Positions 43,826-55,437 of a stretch of DNA of 59,691 nucleotides are shown in pieces (the stretch's first letter is position 1; each line of letters begins with the position of its first letter). The stretch is from assembly GCA_900617105.1 (NCBI GenBank), contig UYFQ01000506.1:310001-369691 (forward strand). Direction: 5' to 3'. The notes under the pieces are model-generated. The model ran no database searches and had not been told where the DNA came from. It saw only the letters and a program-made list of their open reading frames with translations. The position numbers and the translations under genes were made by a program. Origin of the DNA: Hydrurus foetidus (Eukaryota).

Positions 43826-44434
43826 TTGGGCGTAAGGGACGACCAGAAACAGGCGACGCGCGAGAAGGTCCTGGAGGCCGCTCGCGACCTGTTCAACGAT
43901 GTCGGCTACGAGGAAACGACCATCCGCGCCATTGCGGAGCGGGCGGGGGTCTCGGTCGGCAGCGTTTTCACGACCTTTGTTTCGAAGGCCGAGGTGCTCA
44001 GCCATGTGATGGAGGGGCGGCTGGACGAGCTGTATGCGCAGTTCGACCGGGTGATCCCCTATCTGCGGGGCACGGCGATGGACCGGCTATGCTCGTTCTT
44101 CGCCATTCACTACGAGTTCGAAACCCGGCGGGTGAAGCTGTTCCTGGCTCACATCGCCGCCGCCTATAATCCCAGCATTGACCCCGGCGTCACGCCCTAT
44201 GGTCGCAATCAGCGTCTGACCGGGATGTTGCACGACATCCTCGAAGAGGGTGTCCGACGAGGCGAAATCCGCGCCGATCTCGATCAGGTGCTGGCCATCG
44301 AGATCCTTCGGGCCGCCTATGCCTGGAACTATCGGCTGGCGGCCGCCGACGCCAGCACGGCTGATGCGTCCGTGATGTCGGCCACCATGGACCGCCAGAT
44401 CCAGGTCATCGTCGAGGGCTGGCGACCGCGTTGA
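43826..44434 (+). CDS. TetR/AcrR family regulator
   Basis: REKVLEAARDLFNDVGYEETTIRAIAERAGVSVGSVF. Confidence 0.93.
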   Translation: MGVRDDQKQATREKVLEAARDLFNDVGYEETTIRAIAERAGVSVGSVFTTFVSKAEVLSHVMEGRLDELYAQFDRVIPYLRGTAMDRLCSFFAIHYEFETRRVKLFLAHIAAAYNPSIDPGVTPYGRNQRLTGMLHDILEEGVRRGEIRADLDQVLAIEILRAAYAWNYRLAAADASTADASVMSATMDRQIQVIVEGWRPR

Positions 44435-44444
44435 GGTCGACCGG

Positions 44445-46047
44445 TCAAGGCTGTCGCGTCAGCCGCAGGTCCTGATAGTCGAACGAGAAGTCGGCCAGGG
44501 GCGAGACGGCCCTGGCCAGGGCTGACCTCACGGCGCCGTTCTCGACGTCGAAGGTGATGAAGGCGTCCTCCTGGGTGCGGTCGTCGAAGACCGTCTTGAA
44601 GGTCTCGCCGTCGAACAGCTCCAGCCTGCCCTGCAGGGCCGGGGTCTTGTCGAACGAGACCGTCAGGCCTTTCGCCTTCTTGCCTTTCGCCTTTCCGATC
44701 GTGACCGTGCCGTACCAGGGGTCGCGATAGACCCCGACATAGGCGTCGAGCGGCAGGCTGGGCGGCTTGCCGCCGCCCTTGGGCGTGGCGGCGTCGGCGG
44801 CGTCCTTGGCGGTCTGGACGTCGTTTTCGGCCTGGACGCGTTTGCTGGAGGCGATCCAGTCGAAGTCGCTGCGGCCCTGCAGGCGGTCAGGACCGCCGTA
44901 GCGCAGTGCGCGCAGCACCGGGTTTTCCTCGGCGTTGGTCATCACCATGATGCCCGACTTCCGACCGGGCAGCAGGCCGGTATAGGAGATGAAGCCCGCC
45001 AGGCCGCCGGTGTGCCAAAGCAACCGCTCGCCGCGATGGTCCTGCACGAACCAGCCCAGGGCATAGGCCTGCATCGACGGACGCACGGGGTTTTCCGCCG
45101 TCGGGCCATCGGACGAAGACGTGATGGTCTGGGGCTTCCACATTTCGCGGGCGGTGGCCTCGCTCCACAGGCGCTTGCCGTCGGGCAGGGCTCCAGGGCC
45201 AGTTGCACCTTGCATCCACTTGCCGATATCGGCCGGCGTCGTATTGACCCCGCCCGCAGCGGCGGCCGAGGCGAAGCTGTCGTCAAAGGGCAGGACCGTC
45301 TGCGGGCCCATGCCCCGCACCGGCAACCCAGGCGGCAGTGCGGCTCGGCCCGGCGGGTCTTGTCGACCTGGGCCGGGGTGGTCACCGCAATGGTCATGCC
45401 CAGGGATCGAGAATCCGGCTCTTGATGAAGTCTTCCCACGGCTTGCCCGTGACGGCGGCCACCACCTCGCCGGCCGCGACGTAGAGCACGTTGTCATAGG
45501 CGTAGCCGCCCCGGAACGGGCTGCCGATCGGCAGGTATTTGAGCCCGGCCACGACGGCCCGGCTGTGGGTCGGGGCGGGCCAGATCATCAGGTCGCCGGC
45601 CCCGAGCGTCAGGCCGCTGCGGTGGACCAGCAGGTCGCGCACGGTCATCAGCTTGGTGACCACCGGGTCGCTCATCGCGAAGTCAGGCAGGTAGCGGGTG
45701 ACCGGCGCGTCCCACTCGACCTTGCCGTCCTCGACCAGCATGGCCAGGGCCGCCGCCGTCATGGCCTTGGTGTTGGAGGCGATGCCGAAGAGGGTGTTCT
45801 CGTCGCACCGGGCCGGAGCGCCCAGACGCCGGACGCCATAACCCTTGGCCAGGGTGATCTGGCCGTTCTCGACCACGGCGACGCCCAGGCCCGGCTGGTC
45901 GGGAGGCGGCCATGACCTGCTGGGCGTACGGTCGACCGCTGCGGCGACCGAGCCGGTTTCCCGGGCCTTGGCGGAGGTCCCGAACGCGGCGAGCCCGCCG
46001 GTGGCCAGGGCGGAAAGCAGGGCGGCGCGGCGGGTCGTGGCTATCAT
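44445..46047 (-). CDS. Tat-exported serine hydrolase (beta-lactamase family, DUF3471-like tail; frameshifted)
   Basis: TRRAALL signal, IASNTK (SxxK), YDN, HTGG. Confidence 0.88.
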
Positions 46048-46151
46048 GGTGCGTCCTTGGGTGCTGGCGCAGGCTAAGCTGATGCTCGCCGGGCCGACAA
46101 GGGGCATGAACGACCGCTCATCCCGGTTATCGCGGGAATAAGCGGTGCGGA

Positions 46152-47817
46152 TCAGTTCCCGCCGTCCAGCAGCCGCCTTGCGATCACCTGGGCCTGGATC
46201 TCGCCGGCGCCCTCGAAGATGTTGAGGATCCGGGCGTCGGCCAGCACGCGGCTGATGACGTATTCGGTGGCGAAGCCGTTGCCGCCGTGGATCTGCAGGG
46301 CGTTGTCGGCCGCGGCCCAGGCCACGCGGGCGGCGATCAGCAGGCCATGCCGGCCTCAATGTCGCAGCGCTTGTCCTCGTCCTTCTGGGCGCCGGCGAAC
46401 AGGTCAGCGGTCGTCCCGCCCATGGATCTCGGCGGCCCCATCGCCAGCTTGTTGGCGCGCGCGGGAATTCGAAGATCGCCTGGCCAAACTGCTTGCGGTC
46501 CATCGCGTAGGACAGGCCCACCTCCAGCGCCGACTGGGCCACGCCGACGGCGCGGGCGGCGGTCTGGATGCGGGCGCTCTCGAAGGTGGCCATCAGCTGC
46601 TTGAAGCCCTGGCCCTCGACCCCGCCCAGCAGGTTTTCGGCCGGCACGGTGAAGCCGTCGAAGCCCAGCTCATATTCCTTCATGCCGCGATAGCCGATCA
46701 CGCCGATCTCGCCGCCGCTCATGCCCTGGGCGGGGAAGTCGTCGCCGTCGACGCCGCGCGGCTTGGGGGCCAGCAGCATGGAGAGACCGCGATAGTCGGT
46801 GGTGGCCGGATCGGTGCGGACCAGCAGGGTCATCACATCGGCGCGGGCCGCGTGGGTGATCCAGGTCTTGTTGCCGGTCACGACATAGCGGTCGCCCTCC
46901 AGCGCCGCCCGGGTGCGCAGGGCCCCGAGGTCGGAGCCGGTATTGGGCTCGGTGAACACGGCCGTGGGCAGGATCTCGGCGCTGGCGATGCGCGGCAGCC
47001 AGTACTGCTTCTGGGCCTCGGTGCCGCCGGTCAGGATCAGCTCGCCGGCGATCTCCGAGCGGGTGGCCAGGGATCCGACGCCGATCCAGGCGCGCGACAG
47101 CTCTTCGGAGACCACGCACATGGCGGTCTTGCCCATGCCGCTGCCGCCATATTCCTCGGGGATGGTCAGGCCGAACACGCCCAGGGCGCCCAGCTCCTCG
47201 ACCAGCTCGATGGGGATCAGCTCGTCCTTCAGGTGCCATTCGTGGGCGAAGGGCGTGACCTTTTCCTCGGCGAAGGCGTGGAACTGGTCGCGGATCATCT
47301 CGAAGGTTTCGTCCAGGCCGGTGTTTTCCAGCGTCGGACGGCCGCGCGCTTCGGCCAGACGCCGGGCGATGGCGGTCTTGACCGCCTGACCGCCGCCCTG
47401 GGTCGTCAGGGTGACCAGGGCCGGGGTCGAGAGCAGGTCGAGGCTGGCGCGATCGGGGGTCAGGTCGCCGGGGCGGATGATCTCGCCCTGGTTCATGGCG
47501 ATGCCGCCGAGCTGGACGGCGTATTCGGCGAACAGCAGCTGGGCCAGCGCCTCGATCTGTAAAGCGGCCGCTGGCCTGCACCAGCCGGCCACCTGGTTGA
47601 GCAGCTCGGCATAGGCGGCGTACCAGCCAAAGCCGTGAACCACGTGCTGTTCCAGGTCGGCCAGCTTGCGATCGACCTTGCCGTCCGGCCCGGCGATCCG
47701 GGCCTTCACGACCGGACCTTGTCGACAAGGCCTGGGCGGCCGTGGCAATTCGCGCAGCAGGCCTGTCAGGCCGGGGAGAATGATCGAGCTGTTATCTTGA
47801 GCGACCGTTGCGGTCAT
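46152..47817 (-). CDS. mcd: acyl-CoA dehydrogenase, (2S)-methylsuccinyl-CoA dehydrogenase-like (frameshifted)
   Basis: N-terminal extension; VVSEELSRAWIGVGSLATRSEIA, FTEPNTGSDL, GYRGMKEY; ccr nearby. Confidence 0.75.
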
Positions 47818-47922
47818 GACTTGCTCCCCTGCGCCAAACAGTTGTTTTCTTTCACTCTGGCGCTTTTCGCACCTGCGAGCAATGCCGCAGCGCAGCATAG
47901 AGCCGCAAAACGGGGAAGAACC

Positions 47923-48549
47923 ATGCTGAAAGTCCACCACCTCAACGAGTCCCGGTCGCAGCGCATCCTGTGGCTGCTGGAGGAACTGAGCGTTCCCTAC
48001 GAGATCGTGTTTCACACCCGCGACACCACGACCCGCTTGGCCCCGTCGTCGCTGACCGACGTGCATCCGCTGGGCAAGTCGCCGGTCATCGTGGATGGCG
48101 ACCTGACCGTGATCGAGTCCGGCGCGATCATCGACTATGTCATCCGTCGTCACGGTGAAGGCCGGCTGGCCCCCGATCCGGCCAGCGCCGACTACGACCG
48201 CTATCAGCAGTGGCTGCACTATGCCGAGGGCTCGGCCATGCTGCCCCTGATGCTCAACATGTATGTCGGCCGGCTGGGCGAGGGCGGCGCGCCGCTGCAG
48301 CCGCGCATCCAGTCCGAGATCGCCAACCACCTGGCCTTCGTCAATGACAGCCTGGCCGGCCGTCAGTTCTTCGTCGGCGACAGTCTGACCGGCGCCGACA
48401 TCCAGATGAGCTTCGTGCCCGAGGTCGCCAAGGCCATGGGCAAGCTGCCGGAGTATCCGCACATGGCCGCCTGGATCGAGCGCATGCACGCCCGCCCGGC
48501 GTGGAAGACCGCCCTGGACAAGAGCGGTCCTTACGCCCTGGGTGCATAG
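47923..48549 (+). CDS. glutathione S-transferase family protein
   Basis: HHLNESRSQRILWLLEEL, HPLGKSPV, ESGAI, ADIQMSF. Confidence 0.95.
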   Translation: MLKVHHLNESRSQRILWLLEELSVPYEIVFHTRDTTTRLAPSSLTDVHPLGKSPVIVDGDLTVIESGAIIDYVIRRHGEGRLAPDPASADYDRYQQWLHYAEGSAMLPLMLNMYVGRLGEGGAPLQPRIQSEIANHLAFVNDSLAGRQFFVGDSLTGADIQMSFVPEVAKAMGKLPEYPHMAAWIERMHARPAWKTALDKSGPYALGA

Positions 48550-48589
48550 GGCCGGTCAGTTTCAGCCGCCTCGCGCTCCCGACTCGGTT

Positions 48590-48688
48590 GCTTCGCGGTC
48601 GTCCTCCCCCGTAGGGGGAAGATGAGGTCGGCGCGTGTCAAATCCCCCTCCGGGGGACCCCGGTCGCGAAGCCCCCATAGGGGGAAGT
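48590..48688. repeat. palindromic intergenic repeat, second copy of the 14786-14906 family
   Basis: cgcggtcgtcctcccccgtagggggaagatgaggtcggcgcgt shared. Confidence 0.75.
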
Positions 48689-48694
48689 CTGGCG

Positions 48695-49130
48695 GACACG
48701 GGCTCTCAGCCTCACGCGGCATCAGCCACTGAAGTTGGGGAGGCGCGAAGCGGCCGGGGCGAACCCGGATGACCGTGATGTGTGTTTTGCGTTTCGGCTC
48801 GACCTGTCCGCTTCGCAGAAGCTGTTCTTGCGTGAGGATCGGGCCAAGCGAGCGTCTTTCAGCTCTGATACCCAAGAGCCCCCGTACGGGCGCGCACCAA
48901 GGTCGATCGGCTAACCGTCTCGACCCCCGACGATGCGCGATAGGCGGGTTTACGATCCCTCGCCCTGTTGCTCCGCGCTGTTCCTCCGACGAGCCTTCCG
49001 GTGGTCCCGGATCAATCCAACGAACAGACCACCTTCGTCCTCGCCGCGTGACCGCGCGGCCCCGCTCAGCTCCATCCCCATCGCCGCTGTTGGGCCGGAT
49101 CCAGGCGCCTCCCCCTGCGACAGGGACAGC
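48695..49130 (-). ncRNA. candidate large structured RNA, copy 2
   Basis: Same ordered blocks and stems as 39110-39505 with compensatory substitutions. Confidence 0.55.
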
Positions 49131-49134
49131 TCTG

Positions 49135-49196
49135 ATTATGCAGGCGGTTTGAGCGCCGAGGATTGGCGCGATCAACTATTTTACAAGCGATTGATT
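49135..49196 (-). promoter_or_regulatory. IHF-consensus site plus putative -10 (copy 2)
   Basis: - strand aatcaatcgcttg (49196-49184); cataat (49140-49135). Confidence 0.5.
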
Positions 49197-49255
49197 GGGC
49201 TGGAGTTTGGTCTGCAAAGAACGGGGATTGAGCGCCCTCTATCCCCGTGCGGCCT

Positions 49256-49378
49256 CAAAGTCCTCCCCCTGAAGGGGGAGGCGGCCGGAGGCCGGTGGGG
49301 GAAGACCCCTCCGGCTCAGCAGCACTACCCCCTCCGATCGCTTCGCGATCGCCTCCCCCTTCAGGGGGAGGACTTGGG
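49256..49378. repeat. palindromic repeat with terminal inverted repeats, copy 2
   Basis: aagtcctccccctgaagggggagg...cctcccccttcagggggaggacttg. Confidence 0.8.
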
Positions 49379-49401
49379 AGCGCGTCCCGTTCCCGTCGCG
49401 A

Positions 49402-50240
49402 CTACTTGTTCCCGGAATAGGGCACGCCCTTGACGGTCTCGTCATAGGCAGTCGGCGGGTTGTCCGGCAAGTTGAGCAGCTTGGCCTTGGGCGCGCTCAG
49501 TTCCCGCACCCGCCAGGCATTGGGTCCAACGCGCGTGAAGACCGCCTCGGTCTGTTCGCCGCTGCTGGTCAGCTCCATGCCCGGATTGGCCTCGTCGCTG
49601 GCCGGACGCAGGCAGTAACCCTTGATCTCGGTGTCGCTGACCCATTTCATGGTCAGGCAGCGCGACTTGAACTCGAATTTGCGATGCGGCTTGCTCGACC
49701 AGTCGAGCAACTGGGTGCGGGCGCGGGCGTCGTCGCCGGCCTCCCAGGTCTCGTCCTGGCCTGAGCTGGCCAGCACGGCGCCACGCCACTCGCCGAAGGG
49801 GACAGATTCGATTTCGACGCCTCGCTTGTCGTAGAGGGTGATGCCGGGCCCGTCGGGCGAAGCGAAATAGTCAGTGGTGACCTCGTAGACGGACTGCACG
49901 CCGTTGACGGTGGGTATCTGGATGACATTGGTCAGCAGGCCAGGTTTCTGTCGTCATCACGGTGAGGGCGGCCACGCCACTGTGCTGCAGCGTCAGGGTC
50001 GGACCCAGGCTCCCGGCTGGCCCAGTTCCTTCAGCAACCTCGCCGACGCGCCCCGCGTCACGTGCGGCGCACAGGTCGAACTGCGGCAGCTCCGGGCCCG
50101 CGCAGCGGCGGACGTCGCCGGTGCGACAGGCTTGGCCGCTTCGGCCGGCGGCTTGGCGGCGCCGGGGAGCTTGTCACAGCCGGACAGGGCGGCGAGGACG
50201 GCCAGGCTGCGAGCGTCACGGATCTGGACTGGAACGACAT
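49402..50240 (-). CDS. hypothetical lipoprotein, paralog A (frameshifted)
   Basis: LAALSGC lipobox; C-terminus TRVGPNAWRVRELSAPKAKL...PPTAYDETVKGVPYSGNK. Confidence 0.7.
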
Positions 50241-50481
50241 GGGGTCCCTGGGGCGACTGAAATGGCGGGCGCACCCTAGCCAGAACCCAAGGGTGAGCAA
50301 GGCGGCGCCTCGTGTGGTGTGTGCGGGCGACGCTTTCCGCAGGATGCGTCTGTCCGCACTTGCCCTGCCGTCGCGGAGCTTGTCCTCGGCGGCCCGCGCG
50401 ACCCGGGCGACTGGCCGGAGGGGAAGATAAGGTTGTAGCGGTCAGGAGGTCGGCAACGGCCAGGGCCCGAGGCCTCGGCGA

Positions 50482-51326
50482 CTATTGATTGCCCGAATAG
50501 GCCACGCCCTTGACGGTCTCGTCATAGGCCGTCGGCGGGTTGTTCTCGGCGTCCATCAGCTTGGCCTTGGGAGCCCGCAGCTCGCGCAGGCGCCAGGCGT
50601 TGGGCCCAACGCGCGTCACGATCGCATCAATTTCCTCGTCATGGCCGTTGAGCTCAACGCCGGGTGAGGCGTCGTGCAACGCAGGACGCGAACAGAGGGC
50701 CCTCAGCTCTGTGTCGCTGGTCCAGCGGGATGCGTTGCAGCGCGCCTTGAAGACATATTTCCGGTGTGGCGTCTTCGTCAGGTCGTGCAGCTCGAGGGTG
50801 TTGTTGCCCGCAGAATCAATGTCGTAGGCCGAATCGTTCCAGGAGATCGCCGCGATGGCGCCGCGCCAGTCCGCCCAGTGGCCATAGGTCTCGATCTCGA
50901 CGCCGTTCTGGTCGAACAGGGTCACGGAGGGATCATCGACCTCCTCCGTGAGGCTGTGACCGACTTCATAGTGGAGCTGCTCGACGCCATCGCGGGTCAT
51001 CTTGAAGACCCGTTGCAGAGTCCACGCTTGGCCTTCGGGGTTTTTCAGGGACAGCACGACCTTGCCGTCGCGCCGGATCGTCAGGGTGTCGCCCTGGCGC
51101 GCCTCGGGTTGGCCCAGTTCCTTGAGAACCCGAGCCTCCTGGTCGTTCCCGTCAGGCGGTTTCCGCTTCCACATAGGCGGGCCCTGCCGCGCTTCTGGAT
51201 CGGCTGAGCGCGGCGCGTCGCCGGCCTCGCGGCGCCGGGCGGCGCTGGCTTCTGGTCGCAACCCGCCGCCAGCAGCAGCGCGGCCGTCAACAGCATCCCG
51301 CGTGCGGGCTTCACTTCAAGAGCCAT
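50482..51326 (-). CDS. hypothetical lipoprotein, paralog B (frameshifted)
   Basis: LLAAGC lipobox; C-terminus TRVGPNAWRLRELRAPKAKL...PPTAYDETVKGVAYSGNQ. Confidence 0.7.
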
Positions 51327-51556
51327 GATCTTTTTCCCCGGGGCGACGCCCCCTGCGCCGATATCCGAGCCGCAAGCCGGGCGCAATCGCGCACAACCCG
51401 ATTTGACAGCGGCCACGCAGGGCCCGCCCGCATTTTTTTCAACATGAACGAACTCTGTCAGAGCGGTCCCCGACCCCGTTCAGCTTCACCCTGTCATGGT
51501 CTGTCTCACGGGGTTGATGACCCCGGACACATTCCATCGGGACAAGGACTATCGAC

Positions 51557-52115
51557 ATGACCAGCCTCAAGACCTTCAAGACCATCGCCCTGACCCTGGC
51601 CGCTTCGGCCAGCGCCCTGACCTTGAGCTCGACCTCGGCCTTCTTCCGCCGTCGAGCAGCGCCTGGGCGGCGTCGTCGGCTGCCAGGCCCGGGCAGAAGC
51701 AGGAAACCGCCGCCGTGATCGGCGCCCTGCTGGGCGCCGCCGCCGGCTCGAACCTGGCCAAGAACGATCGCGGAACCGGGACGGCCATCGGCGCTGTCGT
51801 CGGCGCGGGGGCCGGCTCCTTCGTCGGCTGCTCGAGGTGAAGAACGACGCCTGTCAGGCTGTCGGCGGCGCCTACAAGTATGACGGCGTGCGCTTCGCCA
51901 ACGCGGTCCGGCCCAGCTGGTGACCAGAAAGCGCAAGTATGTCGCCCGGTCCAACCTGAACCTGCGCGCCTTCGGCCTCGACCCGCGATGCCTACAGTGG
52001 GCGGCGCCGCCGGCCAGACCTTCCAGGCCCTGGGTCGCACCGATGACGCGGATCCTGGTCGGCCAGGACGGCGTCGGCGTATTACGTCTCCAGCGCCTAT
52101 GTCTATCGCGCCTAA
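51557..52115 (+). CDS. exported glycine-zipper protein with SH3-like tail (frameshifted)
   Basis: Signal peptide; GALLGAAAGS...GTAIGAVVGAGAGS; NLNLRA. Confidence 0.65.
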
Positions 52116-52119
52116 GTCA

Positions 52120-52720
52120 TAGAGGTCTGAGCGCGGCTTCCGTCCTCCTCACCGCGCTCCATGCACGAGCCCGTCTGGTCCCCTGACCAGGCGGGGCTTT
52201 ACTTGCCGGACCTCAACTGAGGGCGCGACCCCGCCCCACCAGGCCCGCTGGACCACGACCAGCGCCCAGTGCAGCAGGGACTGCTGGCCAAAGCGAGCCC
52301 GTCCGATAGCGCAGGATCGCGCACGCCAGCCCAGCACCGCGCAGCACAGCAGGAAGTCGGGCCGCAGGAACACGCCCGCGGCGGCGGGGAGAAATGTCAG
52401 GGCCTCGGCCACGTGCCAGACAGTGTAGAGGCTGGTCGAGATACCGATCCACAGCGCGGGCCTTGGCGACTGTCGCGACCCGGCGTCAGTGCCCCAAGAC
52501 GATTTCCTCGCCCAGCCGGAACGAACAAGACCGTCAGTACCCGCAGCGGCAGACCCGGCTGGGTGGGGGTTGTGTGATAGAGTCCGGTGGAAAAGCCGAT
52601 GGCGGCCATCACCGGCAGGGTGGCCGCGCAGACGGCGGCGCAGAACAGCCAGCCGCTGGCCGAGGGCAGGGTGACCAGGCTGCGTCCCAGCCGCCCGCCC
52701 AGTCTGGTGATCAGGTCCGC
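52120..52720 (-). CDS. CPBP/Abi family intramembrane protease (frameshifted; ends approximate)
   Basis: Hydrophobic segments; LFVPA followed by GEEIV; LWH; LLHW. Confidence 0.6.
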
Positions 52721-53824
52721 CAGCGCAGCACGGTGTCCTTGACGGGATTGACGAAGGCCCGGCCCTCGGCGCGGCTGGCCTGCCATTCGCGCTTGCACTG
52801 CTGGTACCAGCGCGCCTGCTGGTCGGCGTCGCCCACCCACATCAGCGGCGGGTTGGACTGCAGGCCCTGGCTCTGGACGCCGACAATATAGCCATCCTGG
52901 CGCAGGAAGGCCCGGGCCGCGATGCGGATGATCGGATAGAGCGCCGTGAAGGCCCAGTGATCGGACCACATGATCTGGTTCATGCGGGTCTTGTTGGCGT
53001 TGATCGGCGTCATCGCCGACAGGGCCAGCACCTGCTTCTTGCCCACCGTCACATGCTCCCAGCGCAGGCCGGGCAGGCGGAAGGTGATCTCGGTCAGGGG
53101 CTCGCCGCCCAGGATGGCATAGGCCTTGGAGTTCTTGGACGGCTCGTGCCGCACCATGGTGAAGCCGGCCTCCGACGGGGCGAAGCGCTTGGTCTTTTCG
53201 TGCTGGCTGGCGGTGGTGCGCCACCACCATTGCTGATGCACATAGGGGCCATGGGCCGGATCGATCAGGCCCAGCACCGCGTGGTCGATATGGATGTCAT
53301 AGTCCAGGGCGTCGACCAGCTTGGGCTTGCCGCCCACCACGCCGGGAATGACCGGCGGGGATCGGCGGTTCGCCGTCGAAGCGGGCGTCCGATGACATCC
53401 AGATCCAGACCAGGCCCTGCTGCTCGACGATCGGATAGCGGCGCACCCGCACCTTGCTGATGTCCAGGTCGCTGTCGGCGGTCAGGGACGGGATCGCCGT
53501 GCAGGCGCCGTCCGTGCCGAACCGCCAGCCGTGATAGGGGCACTCGATGCTCTCGCCGCCGTCGGCCTCGGTCCTGACCTTGCCGGCCGACAGGGCGGCG
53601 GCGCGGTGCGGGCAGACGTCGCGGATGGCATAGGCGACGCCGGCCTTCGTACGGCCCAGCAGCACCGGCTCGGCCAGCAGCTCGCGGTGCTCCATCTTGC
53701 CCGGCTTCAGGTCGGGCGACAGGGCCGCGACGTACCAGGCGTCCATGACGAAGCCTTCGCCGAACCGGGCGGCGGGAGCGGACTTGGAAGCGGACTGGGG
53801 AGCGGGCGAAGCGTCGTCGGGCAT
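52711..53824 (-). CDS. Rieske non-heme iron oxygenase, VanA-like (frameshift ~53350)
   Basis: DVCPHRAAALS...CPYHGW; D.AHGPYVH. Confidence 0.9.
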
Positions 53825-53876
53825 GCGGGTCTTATAGCCCAGTTTGCTGACTTTCACGACGCTTTGGGGATGGGGC

Positions 53877-55347
53877 CTACCGCGCCGCCGCCGTCTCGAC
53901 CAGGCGCTGATAGAACCGCACCATCCGCTCCACATTGGCCAGGCTGATATGCTCGTCGGTGCCGTGGATCATCTTGGTCTCGTCGATCGACAGCACCAGT
54001 GGCTGGAAGCGATAGACGTCGCTGGCCACCGGGGCCAGGTAACGGCTGTCGGTGCCGGCGGTGACCAGGCCGGGCACCACGGGAGCCTGGCTCTCGTCGG
54101 CGGCCAGGCTGGCCAGGGTCTTCCAGGCGTCTGAGCTGGTCGAGGAAATCGGCGAGGGCTCGTCTGGCGTCTTGGTCCAGGCCAGCTCGACCGGCAGCTT
54201 GCCGACGGCGTCCTTGGCGCGAGCCATGACCTTGGCCGAGGTGTCGCCCGGCGCGATGCGGTAATTGATCCAGGCGGTGGCGTCCTGCGGCAGGACGTTC
54301 TCCTTGGGCGAGCCCTTCAGCATGGTCGGGGCGATGGTGGTGGCTGGCCGCGCCGGCCGGGGTCTTGGCGGTGACCTTCACCAGCAGGGGCGCGAACAGC
54401 CAGGTGTTGGCGGCGAACACCCTGACCGGCAGCGAGGCGTGCGGCGCGATCGATTTGAGCATGTCGGCGCCCGGGCCGGCGAACTTCATCGGGAAGGGCT
54501 TGTCGGTGATGGCCAGCACGGCTCGCGACAGCGTCGCGACGCCGGTCTCCGGCGGCGGCGCCGAGGAGTGGCCGCCGACAGCCGGGGCCGTGACCTTCAG
54601 GGTGGCATAGCCTTTTTCGGCCGTGCCGATGATCGCGGTGGGCTTGCCGGTGACGGGATGGTCGGAGACCACGGCCATGCCCTCGTCGAGCACGAACTGG
54701 GCCTTGATCCCGCGCGCCTTGAACAGGGCCGCCGCCGCGACCGCGCCGACGCCGCGCACCTCCTCGTCATGGCCGCTGACGATGATCACGGTGCGCACGG
54801 GCTTGAAGCCGCCGGCCGCCAGACCGTCCAGCGCCTCGAACAGGGTGATCAGCGAGCCCTTGTCGTCGATCGCGCCGCGACCCCAGACGGCGTTGTCGGC
54901 CACCACGCCGTCAAAGGGCGGATGGGTCCACGAGCCTTCGCTGCCCGGCGTCACCGGCACCACGTCCTGGTGGGCCATCAGCACGATGGGGGCCAGGGCC
55001 GGGTTCGAGCCGGGCCAAGTATAGACCAGCGTATGCTCGGCCAGCACCTCGCGCTGCATTGCGGCGTGGGCGGCGGGATAGGTGGTCTGCATCCAGGCGT
55101 GCAGCTTGTCCCACTCGGCCGGCTGGTCGTCGGCCCGGTCCTGGTGGCTGATGGTCTGGAAGCGGATGGCCTGGGCCAGGTTGGCGGCGGCCTTGGTGGT
55201 GTCGACCGTGCGTCCGGCGGCCAGCCTGGCCCCCGCCACGTCGACCGCGGCCGGAGCCTTGAAGGTCGCGGTCCGCACCGCCACGACGCCGGCCACGGCC
55301 AGCACCAGTCCAACAGCCGTCAAGCCGGCCTTGCCCGCAAATCCCAT
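53877..55347 (-). CDS. M20 family metallopeptidase (frameshift ~54340)
   Basis: MAHQDVVP, GRGAIDDKG, HDEE, GGHSS.PP, AGTDSR, IHGTDE. Confidence 0.92.
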
Positions 55348-55437
55348 CACGCATCTCCCCCGAACATTTGTTCGAGACTGTGCGATCGCGCGGGCGATTG
55401 CCAACCTTCCTTTGCGGCGGGTCTGGCGCGGATCGCT

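Noticed and set aside
45394..48489. 1031-aa ORF joining antisense GST, acyl-CoA dehydrogenase and serine hydrolase
   Set aside because: Chimera of separate genes produced by indels and rare stop codons in high-GC DNA
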